From a virus, in IMG/VR virus record IMGVR_UViG_3300020047_002759: a DNA stretch of 55,117 bases; one strand, 5' to 3'. How positions within the stretch are numbered: position 1 is the first letter of the stretch; the number at the start of each line of letters is the position of its first letter. The notes under the pieces are model-generated. The model saw only the letters and a list, made by a program, of their open reading frames with translations. It did not search any database and was not told the DNA's origin. The position numbers and the translations under genes are program-made. This document shows, one piece after another, positions 9,467 to 15,522 of this stretch.

Positions 9467-9921
9467 GTTTCTCCTTTATGTGGTTTTGATTCCTGTGCAT
9501 ATTTTTTTCGGCGTTTGTATTTGGGTTCATGGTTATCCAAATAAAAACAAATATCGCCCTCAAATCGAACGGCTTCACCCCTGTATGTCCAAACCGATTT
9601 GGTTATGCCAATTCCTTTTTCTATAAAGTCAACGCCTTTTTTGGTTAGAGCCCATTCGCCGCCTGCGCGAGTTCCATCTGCTTTGCTGGCTTTATTTACC
9701 AATCCCCAATATCGCAACTTTTGAAAGTTGTCCCATTGGTTTCTTGTCAATCCTAAATTTTTAAGGTTGATTGGCCCGCCAGCAAAAAAATGCAATCGGC
9801 CTAAACCAACTGCAAGAGCTTTGCTGAATGAATGTTTGTACTCAACAATTTTGGCTCCGCAACATTCACAGATACGACGCGGCTTGCGTTTATCTTCGGG
9901 AAAAAGCGCAAGTTGTGTCAT
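9463..9921 (-). CDS. Hypothetical protein with an N-terminal CxxC and a basic tail (possible DNA-binding protein)
   Basis: 152-aa ORF containing 'RRICECCGAKIVEY' and a C-terminal 'KYKRRKKYAQESKPHKG'. No family was recognised. Confidence 0.65.
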   Translation of the reverse strand: MTQLALFPEDKRKPRRICECCGAKIVEYKHSFSKALAVGLGRLHFFAGGPINLKNLGLTRNQWDNFQKLRYWGLVNKASKADGTRAGGEWALTKKGVDFIEKGIGITKSVWTYRGEAVRFEGDICFYLDNHEPKYKRRKKYAQESKPHKGET

Positions 9922-9924
9922 GGC

Positions 9925-10572
9925 TTAAAACGGTATATCGTCAATCATGTCGTCAAAGCCCGAGCCGCCACTAGATGCGGGTGTTGCGTAGCCGCGCTTG
10001 ATGGCCGCCTGCCACTCAGGAGACTTCTCAATCTTGGCCTTGGTGTTCTTACCAAACGTTTCAAACAGAGCCATGTCGGGGTTTGAGATGGAGAACATCG
10101 CAATCTTGTTAAAACCAAGGGGCACGGTGTCTTTCAACACCTTGGGCACAGGATTGATGTTTTTGATGTTGGTGTACTGCTTGCCGTCTTGGCCAGTCTC
10201 TTTGGATATGGCAAGCATTGCCCACACGCCAAGCAACTTCTCAATGTTAAAACCTTGAAGCTCTTCAGGGGTAAATGCACGCCCGCGCCAAGCTTCCAAG
10301 TCAGCACGCAAGGTGGCTTTTTCGCCGAGGCTCAACGTGAAATTCTTGCTGATGGACATTGGCTCACCCTTGTCGGTGACCAATGGTGCACCTGAGTCAT
10401 CCTCGCCATGCACCTCAAACTGAAGCATGACTTTGTGTTGGAACTTGGTGTCACCCTTGTAGGTGACCTCTTGGGTGCCAAGATCCACAATTCGGTAGCA
10501 CCGCGCTAGGTGCATACCTGCGGGTACTGGCGTAAAGCCACCACCACCGCTGTCAGACGCTATAAGACTCAT
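9925..10572 (-). CDS. Phage single-stranded DNA-binding protein (DUF669-like) with a canonical SSB C-terminal tip
   Basis: It ends '...SSGGSGFDDMIDDIPF' (E. coli SSB ends DDDIPF). The start is moved to the second ATG (10572) because AAGGA lies 6 nt upstream of it and abuts the first ATG (10578). Confidence 0.7.
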   Translation of the reverse strand: MSLIASDSGGGGFTPVPAGMHLARCYRIVDLGTQEVTYKGDTKFQHKVMLQFEVHGEDDSGAPLVTDKGEPMSISKNFTLSLGEKATLRADLEAWRGRAFTPEELQGFNIEKLLGVWAMLAISKETGQDGKQYTNIKNINPVPKVLKDTVPLGFNKIAMFSISNPDMALFETFGKNTKAKIEKSPEWQAAIKRGYATPASSGGSGFDDMIDDIPF

Positions 10573-10744
10573 GTTCATTCCTTGTTAAGTTTTCCAAAAA
10601 TTGACTCTTAGGCATGCCGCATTCTGCGCGGATCAAAACCCAATCGTCGGGGGTAGCGGCACCAGCCTCAGCCTTTTGCAAAGCCTCCTCTAACACGCGC
10701 ATTCTGTCTACAAAAAGTTCTATCACTTCACTGTCGTTAGTCAT
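10553..10744 (-). CDS. Hypothetical small acidic protein
   Basis: 63-aa ORF in the operon, overlapping the SSB start by about 20 nt. Confidence 0.5.
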   Translation of the reverse strand: MTNDSEVIELFVDRMRVLEEALQKAEAGAATPDDWVLIRAECGMPKSQFLENLTRNEHESYSV

Positions 10745-10904
10745 AAAAATACATCCAGTTCAATATATCTTCCACAATAAAAACGGCTCCAAGCACACAA
10801 GCGAGGAGTATTGCGCCAAGCGCAAAAGAATCCCAATCAAACGTGCTCTGTTTTTTCAATAACGCTTTTTGCAATCTCTCTGCATCTTCTTGATCTTTGT
10901 CCAT
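10737..10904 (-). CDS. Small membrane protein (first gene of the leftward operon)
   Basis: The ATG at 10904 gives 'MDKDQEDAERLQ...' with one hydrophobic helix, 'FALGAILLACVLGAVFIV'. The tracked TTG start at 10943 would lie inside the promoter element. Confidence 0.5.
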   Translation of the reverse strand: MDKDQEDAERLQKALLKKQSTFDWDSFALGAILLACVLGAVFIVEDILNWMYFYD

Positions 10905-10921
10905 GATTCGCTTTCTTTGAA

Positions 10922-10953
10922 TGTTTAACGCGTTGATACACAAAACGGTTGAC
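10922..10953 (-). promoter_or_regulatory. GTCAAC-N17-CGTT promoter-like element, copy E (leftward early promoter candidate)
   Basis: The minus strand reads GTCAACCGTTTTGTGTATCAACGCGTTAAACA, about 18 nt upstream of the first leftward gene. It has the same architecture as four plus-strand copies. Confidence 0.55.
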
Positions 10954-10975
10954 GCGCTCCAAATTAGTGTAACAT
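10949..10975 (+). promoter_or_regulatory. Weak sigma70-like rightward promoter candidate (TTGACG-N15-TAACAT) overlapping element E
   Basis: TTGACG is at 10949-10954 and TAACAT at 10970-10975. The 15-nt spacer is shorter than optimal, so this is only a candidate. Confidence 0.3.
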
Positions 10976-11000
10976 GGAAGAATATAACAAGGAAATCAAA

Positions 11001-11210
11001 ATGACGCTACAAGAATATTTTAAAGACAAGCCGCGAGGTGCGCAGTCATTGCTTGCAAGGCAACTCGGTATTAGCAAAACGTGGTTGTCACTCATTCTCA
11101 CAGGTAAACGCCAACCATCACCACGCTTAGCTATGGAGATCGAGCGACACACCTTACGCATGGTTAAACGTGTTGATTTGTTGCCTGAACTTTATGGAGC
11201 CGTCAAATGA
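11001..11210 (+). CDS. Cro/CI-type HTH transcriptional regulator (YdaS/Cro-like)
   Basis: 'GAQSLLARQLGISKTWLSLILTGKRQPSPRLAMEIERHT' fits the YdaS/Cro HTH pattern. AAGGA (10989-10993) lies 7 nt upstream of ATG 11001. The tracked ATG 10974 overlaps the -10-like hexamer. Confidence 0.7.
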   Translation: MTLQEYFKDKPRGAQSLLARQLGISKTWLSLILTGKRQPSPRLAMEIERHTLRMVKRVDLLPELYGAVK

Positions 11211-11539
11211 ATTGGTACAAATTCAACATCCCTGAGTTTTACGAAAAGACGGGCAACCTTAGCGTGCACAAGGAGCTTATTTACCGCAAGCTGATTGACC
11301 TGTACTACCTTAACGAAAGCCCCCTGCCAAACAACATGGAGGAACTTGTTGATGCTATGGACATGGGCGACAAGGACGACACGCTAAGCGTGTTGCTAGA
11401 GTTCTTTGTGCTCAGCAAAGAGGATGATTGTTGGCACGACGATGCCATTGACCGCGACTTAATGAACCGCAAGCATCAGGTATCAATCAATCGACAGGTT
11501 GGCCAAAAGGGTGGCCGCCCCAAGTCAACTAAGGCGTAG
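11207..11539 (+). CDS. DUF1376 (YdaU-like) domain protein, short paralogue
   Basis: 'MNWYKFNIPEFYEKTGNLSVHKELIYRKLIDLYYLNESPLPNN' matches the DUF1376 N-terminal pattern. Confidence 0.7.
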   Translation: MNWYKFNIPEFYEKTGNLSVHKELIYRKLIDLYYLNESPLPNNMEELVDAMDMGDKDDTLSVLLEFFVLSKEDDCWHDDAIDRDLMNRKHQVSINRQVGQKGGRPKSTKA

Positions 11540-11555
11540 TGTTAAACGTTATGCT
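11524..11555 (+). promoter_or_regulatory. GTCAAC-N17-CGTT promoter-like element, copy D
   Basis: GTCAACTAAGGCGTAGTGTTAAACGTTATGCT straddles the stop of 11207..11539, upstream of 11608. Confidence 0.5.
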
Positions 11556-11590
11556 ACGATACGACCACAATTTCTTTTTGTACAGATGAC

Positions 11591-11598
11591 CAACAGCG
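11591..11598 (+). promoter_or_regulatory. CAACAGCG 5'-UTR box (copy D), 9 nt before the start codon
   Basis: 'gaCCAACAGCGcgaggttttATG'. Confidence 0.4.
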
Positions 11599-11607
11599 CG
11601 AGGTTTT

Positions 11608-12363
11608 ATGCACTATTACCAATTCAACATCGGTGACTACCAGTCCCACACGGCACACCTTGAGCCGCTCGAGGACTTGACCTACAGGCGCTTGCTTGAT
11701 TGGTACTACCTCCACGAGACCCCTATACCCACCGATTTAACTCAGGTTGCACGGCAAATCAGGATGCGTTCGCATAGCGATTGCATTGCGACGGTATTGC
11801 AGGAGTATTTCGAGTGCACAGATGATGGGTGGGTGCATCACAGGGCGAACAAAGAAATAGCCAAGACTGGCGAGAAGAGCGAAAAGGCCAGCGCAAGTGC
11901 AAAGGCTAGGTGGGATAAGGTCAAAGATGCGAACGCATTGCCAACGCAATCCGATAGCAATGCTACACATAACACAGAACACAAGACACAAGACACAATT
12001 AAAGAAGCTAAAGCTTCTTTGTCGGGAACTACGTTCCCAACCTGCCCGCACAAGCAAATTTTGAAGCTTTGGCAAACCAAGTTACCGCATCTTGTTCAAC
12101 CAAGGGTATGGGAGGGTGCAAGGCAGGCGTCTTTGCGTCAAAGATGGGTGCAGGCATCCAAGCCCTCGGAATTCTCAAAAAAGGGATATAGAACCGTTCC
12201 TGAGGGTTTGACGTGGTGGGCAAGCTTTTTCGATTACATCGCCGAGGACACCAAGCTGGCTAAAGGCTTTGAAACCAACGGGCGAGTATGGGTGCCTGAT
12301 CTTGAGTGGGTGGTCAACGCGACCAATTTTCAAAAAATCATTGATGGGAAGTACAACAAATGA
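11608..12363 (+). CDS. DUF1376-domain replication-initiation/organiser-like protein
   Basis: 'MHYYQFNIGDYQSHTAHLEPLEDLTYRRLLDWYYLHETPIPTD' is followed by a low-complexity linker and a C-terminal domain. Confidence 0.7.
   Translation: MHYYQFNIGDYQSHTAHLEPLEDLTYRRLLDWYYLHETPIPTDLTQVARQIRMRSHSDCIATVLQEYFECTDDGWVHHRANKEIAKTGEKSEKASASAKARWDKVKDANALPTQSDSNATHNTEHKTQDTIKEAKASLSGTTFPTCPHKQILKLWQTKLPHLVQPRVWEGARQASLRQRWVQASKPSEFSKKGYRTVPEGLTWWASFFDYIAEDTKLAKGFETNGRVWVPDLEWVVNATNFQKIIDGKYNK
12001..12020. repeat. Inverted repeat AAAGAAGCT-AA-AGCTTCTTT, preceded by an A/C-rich iteron-like tract (11965-11997)
   Basis: Read directly: 'cacataacacagaacacaagacacaagacacaatt aaagaagctaaagcttcttt'. It lies in the interdomain linker of the DUF1376 gene. 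Confidence 0.6.
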
Positions 12364-12596
12364 GCTTCGAGAAACCAAAAGCAGACAAGTTTGACATGGA
12401 CGCATCAGAGAGCAGATCCTTGATGTGCCAAGTTGCAGGGTGCGGCAAGCCTTGGTCGGTCAACATGGGTTGGCGCAAGTGCTCAGCGCATGCGTGGGGC
12501 AAGGATCCTGACTACGGGTTATCGGCAACCCCAAAGGTGACTTTTAAGCACCCACCAGTCAAGCCTTTCAGCGAAATAGATGACGAGCCGTTTTGA
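12360..12596 (+). CDS. Small Cys/His (zinc-ribbon-like) protein ending in an SSB-tail-like DDEPF
   Basis: 78 aa containing 'CQVAGCGKPWSVNMGWRKCSAH'. The C-terminus is '...KPFSEIDDEPF'. Confidence 0.65.
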   Translation: MSFEKPKADKFDMDASESRSLMCQVAGCGKPWSVNMGWRKCSAHAWGKDPDYGLSATPKVTFKHPPVKPFSEIDDEPF

Positions 12597-12808
12597 TGGA
12601 CAAGTATGAAGCGAACCAAATCCTTGACAAAGCCCGTGAGGGGGAACCTTGCGCCGAGGATTTCATCACCCTCCTCCTCCATGTCACAGGAGACCTTGGA
12701 ACACATGCGCCAATGCGAGGCAAGGGAGTGGATATCGAGGCGTCTGCGCAAGATTGGCGAGGTAGGCTTAGACAACGCACTATCTTGGTGGGCAGGAGTC
12801 AAGCGTGA
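12596..12808 (+). CDS. Hypothetical protein; only the N-terminal ~28 codons look protein-like (possible 5' part of a frame-shifted gene)
   Basis: The ATG overlaps the upstream TGA (TGATG). 'MDKYEANQILDKAREGEPCAEDFITLLLHVTGDL' is followed by an Arg/Gly-rich tail that overlaps the better-looking frame of 12681..12887. Confidence 0.4.
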   Translation: MDKYEANQILDKAREGEPCAEDFITLLLHVTGDLGTHAPMRGKGVDIEASAQDWRGRLRQRTILVGRSQA

Positions 12809-12887
12809 CATTGATAAGCGTCGAGGAGTTGGAGCAAGCGCTGATCTTGTTAAAAGAATGGAGATTGAACGTGCAAAAACAAAATGA
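12681..12887 (+). CDS. Hypothetical conserved-looking phage protein (ATG 12681, or fused to 12596 by a frame change)
   Basis: 'MSQETLEHMRQCEAREWISRRLRKIGEVGLDNALSWWAGVKRDIDKRRGVGASADLVKRMEIERAK'. There is no SD; the upstream sequence is the pyrimidine tract CACCCTCCTCCTCC. Confidence 0.5.
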   Translation: MSQETLEHMRQCEAREWISRRLRKIGEVGLDNALSWWAGVKRDIDKRRGVGASADLVKRMEIERAKTK

Positions 12888-13230
12888 AATTGTCTTGCCT
12901 TGGCCACCAAGTGTGAACCGATATTGGCGCACCTACCAAGGGCGCATGCTGATCAGCCAAGAGGGCCGCGCATACCGTGAGGCTGTCACTGCGTTACTGA
13001 TGGATCGCGGCGTGGCACCCATCAAGGGCAAGTTAGTTGTCGAGATTGAGGCATGGCGTCCTGACAACCGCGTGCGCGACTTGGACAACTTGCTTAAGGC
13101 AACGCTGGACTCGTTAACGCATGCGGGCATTTATAACGACGACAGTCAGATTGTGGACTTGAGAATTTATTGGGCAGTAGAAAAAGGAGGCATGTTAAAA
13201 GTTTGGTTAAAGGAGGTACTGAATGATTGA
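12871..13230 (+). CDS. rusA: RusA-family Holliday junction resolvase
   Basis: 'LPWPPSVNRYWR...GKLVVEIEAWRPDNRVRDLDNLLKATLDSLTHAGIYNDDSQIVDL' is the RusA signature. The start is set to GTG 12871 (GGAG 7 nt upstream), giving a typical length of about 119 aa. Confidence 0.85.
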   Translation: MQKQNEIVLPWPPSVNRYWRTYQGRMLISQEGRAYREAVTALLMDRGVAPIKGKLVVEIEAWRPDNRVRDLDNLLKATLDSLTHAGIYNDDSQIVDLRIYWAVEKGGMLKVWLKEVLND

Positions 13231-13336
13231 TATAGCAATAAACGTTGTGCTGTTAACTGGCGCAATTATTTGGGCTTTGATTTTTGTAGCAGTAGTGGTT
13301 TTTATATTCACAATTATTTTTGGAGCGAAACAATGA
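13223..13336 (+). CDS. 37-aa hydrophobic single-pass membrane peptide (below the ORF-track cutoff)
   Basis: AGGAGG (13211-13216) lies 6 nt upstream of the ATG. The product is MIDIAINVVLLTGAIIWALIFVAVVVFIFTIIFGAKQ. The stop overlaps the next ATG (ATGA). Confidence 0.55.
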   Translation: MIDIAINVVLLTGAIIWALIFVAVVVFIFTIIFGAKQ

Positions 13337-13665
13337 GCGAAGAACACGACCCACATAAGGCAGTTGATTACATTCTGTTGAATGCTAAACACTTTGCCAA
13401 AGCAAAAGCAGAGCGTACTGCGTTGGAATATTACGCCAAGTCTTTGAAATCACGCTTGATGATTGATAGCGGGCACAAGGTAATTTCAGCACAAGAGCGT
13501 GACGCATATGCGCATGATGATTACAAGTCATTTATTGACGGCATTAAAGCCGCAACCGAAATCGAAGAAAAGCTTCGGTGGGATTTGAAGGCCGCTGAGC
13601 TACGCGTTGAGATATGGCGCACTGAGCAGGCAAACGCAAGACAAGAGTTCAGGGTGACGGTATGA
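13333..13665 (+). CDS. Hypothetical coiled-coil protein
   Basis: The start is taken at ATG 13333 (MSEEHDPHKAVDYILLNAKHFAKAKAE...). The tracked upstream extension crosses the membrane-peptide gene. Confidence 0.65.
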   Translation: MSEEHDPHKAVDYILLNAKHFAKAKAERTALEYYAKSLKSRLMIDSGHKVISAQERDAYAHDDYKSFIDGIKAATEIEEKLRWDLKAAELRVEIWRTEQANARQEFRVTV

Positions 13666-13841
13666 ACGAGCTTGATCAATTTATTTTGCACATCGAGCAA
13701 AACATGGCGCAACAGGCAATGGCGCAAGGCGACCAATTTGTTTTGACTGCGTTGAAGTTTGCAAAAGAACTTAGAAGGCGAAGAAATTCATCTTGGCCAG
13801 TTGAAGACGTTGAACCAAAGGAGCGCGACCATGAATCTTAA
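13662..13841 (+). CDS. Hypothetical 59-aa protein (below the ORF-track cutoff)
   Basis: An ATGA overlap joins it to the upstream stop. The product is MNELDQFILHIEQNMAQQAMAQGDQFVLTALKFAKELRRRRNSSWPVEDVEPKERDHES. Confidence 0.45.
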   Translation: MNELDQFILHIEQNMAQQAMAQGDQFVLTALKFAKELRRRRNSSWPVEDVEPKERDHES

Positions 13842-14202
13842 TTACCCCACTGAACCAACTTACGTAGCCTGCGAAGTTGCGCTGGACTTATTGCGGGAAA
13901 TATCCCCCCCAACGGGCTCAGAAGCTTTTTATAGAATTTTTGCGGCGCGGGAGGTACTTGCCTCAGCCATACGCAAAAGCCAAAAAAATCCGACACTTGA
14001 AATTACAACTGGAACTTCAATTCAAGATTTGAATTTGACGGCGCGTTCAGAAAATTGTTTATTGTCAGAAAACATTAAATTTATAGAACAGCTTATTGAA
14101 TACTCTCCACGCAATTTAATTAGGATACAAAATCTTGGAAAAAAAAGCATTAAAGAAATACAAGAAGTATTGTTGTTGCGCAACTTGAAATTAAAAAATT
14201 AG
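13831..14202 (+). CDS. RNA polymerase alpha-subunit C-terminal-domain (alpha-CTD)-like HhH protein
   Basis: 'IQDLNLTARSENCLLSENIKFIEQLIEYSPRNLIRIQNLGKKSIKEIQEVLLLRNLKL' aligns with E. coli RpoA '[58 protein letters not shown]'. The start is ATG 13831, with AAGGAGCG upstream. Confidence 0.75.
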   Translation: MNLNYPTEPTYVACEVALDLLREISPPTGSEAFYRIFAAREVLASAIRKSQKNPTLEITTGTSIQDLNLTARSENCLLSENIKFIEQLIEYSPRNLIRIQNLGKKSIKEIQEVLLLRNLKLKN

Positions 14203-14225
14203 ACATGAACCAAAGGAGCGAGACC

Positions 14226-14654
14226 ATGACTGAAGAGGACGAAGCATTTAACGATATTGAACGTATGTCAAACATAAGGAAAGAGAGCGTCAAGATGACA
14301 ATGTTGAAACCAAAAACAGCGCAAGAGTTTTACAACGAGTATCGGGAAAAAGTTTTTAACGAAGTTAAAGCTGAATATGAAAAAAAACTTGACGAGGCAT
14401 TTAGGGATGCAAAAAAAATAATACTTGGCTTGCGCGACGACGTTGCCAGTTTAGAGTTTAAGGTGTTGATGCTACAGATGGAGGTAACGCGATGCCACAA
14501 AAATGAAGAACTGGAAAACGAAAACAATCTGCAATTTGAAAAATGGACTGAAGAATTTTTTATTGTTCACGGTTTATCAAAATACATTGAGCCTCTCAAT
14601 AATTATTTAATTGAAAAAATTTCAAACAATGGAAAACAAGAGGATGAAGCATGA
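14226..14654 (+). CDS. Hypothetical coiled-coil protein
   Basis: ATG 14226 is preceded by the same 24-nt cassette (TGAACCAAAGGAGCG.GACCATGA) as gene 13831. The region is AT-rich. Confidence 0.6.
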   Translation: MTEEDEAFNDIERMSNIRKESVKMTMLKPKTAQEFYNEYREKVFNEVKAEYEKKLDEAFRDAKKIILGLRDDVASLEFKVLMLQMEVTRCHKNEELENENNLQFEKWTEEFFIVHGLSKYIEPLNNYLIEKISNNGKQEDEA

Positions 14655-14821
14655 TTGAAGAAGACGATGACATTCAGCAGTACGTCCGTCCTTGGGTTAA
14701 TTTTACTAATCAAGAAATGATTGAGGCTTGGCATGGAACTCCAATAGAAGATGAGTGGATTGATAGGGTGTGGGCTTTTGCTGAGGCTTTACAAAAAATT
14801 TTGAAGGAGAAAAACACATGA
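14651..14821 (+). CDS. Hypothetical 56-aa acidic protein (below the ORF-track cutoff)
   Basis: ATGA-type overlaps occur at both ends. The product is MIEEDDDIQQYVRPWVNFTNQEMIEAWHGTPIEDEWIDRVWAFAEALQKILKEKNT. Confidence 0.5.
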   Translation: MIEEDDDIQQYVRPWVNFTNQEMIEAWHGTPIEDEWIDRVWAFAEALQKILKEKNT

Positions 14822-15021
14822 TCAAAGAAAATAATTTTGAAGAGTGGAAAAAAACTTTTACCACCGATGCGCCAAAGCCCGCTTTGGAAGAGAGGCTGGC
14901 GCAGGTTAGAAAAGAATTGATTGAGCTAAGCAAGGCAATGACGCAACGCATGTCAGAGGAGGAGCACATCACCATCCAATTGAAATTGAAAAGCAAGGAG
15001 GAGCAAGATGGGATTTCGTGA
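14818..15021 (+). CDS. Hypothetical small protein
   Basis: 67-aa ORF, translationally coupled to its neighbours. Confidence 0.55.
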   Translation: MIKENNFEEWKKTFTTDAPKPALEERLAQVRKELIELSKAMTQRMSEEEHITIQLKLKSKEEQDGIS

Positions 15022-15229
15022 CTCAACTTTAAAATATTTTAAAGATGTATTGCGGCAACGATTTGTCCGAGAAGTCATTGCAGTTGAACTGCGAGACGCT
15101 CACATGCGTTTGCTTGAGGCAGAAACCGCCTCTGAGCTTGCGCAGGCGCACATTCAATACAACTCGGCACGCATAAAACGTTTGGAACAGCGCCTCCACC
15201 AGCACACGTCGGAGGGCGACTATGTATAG
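15008..15229 (+). CDS. Hypothetical small protein
   Basis: 73-aa helical-looking ORF. Confidence 0.55.
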   Translation: MGFRDSTLKYFKDVLRQRFVREVIAVELRDAHMRLLEAETASELAQAHIQYNSARIKRLEQRLHQHTSEGDYV

Positions 15230-15368
15230 CCTATTTAAATGGGTGTGGCTTCAATCAGGGTACGAGCAAAAGTATTTTGATACCGAAGCCGATGCGATGG
15301 AAACAAAACGAATTTGGGGTGGTGAGGTTTTCCCCCTTTACCGAAAGACAAATGATGCCAAGACCTAA
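15222..15368 (+). CDS. Hypothetical 48-aa protein (below the ORF-track cutoff)
   Basis: GGAGGG (15211-15216) lies 5 nt upstream of ATG 15222. The product is MYSLFKWVWLQSGYEQKYFDTEADAMETKRIWGGEVFPLYRKTNDAKT. Confidence 0.45.
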   Translation: MYSLFKWVWLQSGYEQKYFDTEADAMETKRIWGGEVFPLYRKTNDAKT

Positions 15369-15522
15369 AAGCGAATACACCAAAAGCGGAAAAACAATTG
15401 CGGTACGCGCAACGATGAGCGAATGGATAGAGTGGAAGAAACTTGGCGGTGCCAAATGGTTGAGGCCAATACTGCGACAGAGCATAGCGGCCACGCAACA
15501 GCCCAAGGAGCCCAAGCAATGA
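15352..15522 (+). CDS. Hypothetical small basic protein
   Basis: An internal ATG of tracked ORF 15277..15522 gives MMPRPKSEYTKSGKTIAVRATMSEWIEWKKLGGAKWLRPILRQ.... The upstream part of the tracked ORF overlaps 15222..15368. Confidence 0.4.
   Translation: MMPRPKSEYTKSGKTIAVRATMSEWIEWKKLGGAKWLRPILRQSIAATQQPKEPKQ

Noticed and set aside
10974-11000. ATG 10974 as the start of the Cro-like gene
   Set aside because: It overlaps the -10-like hexamer and has no SD. ATG 11001 has AAGGA 7 nt upstream and begins the conserved part of the protein.
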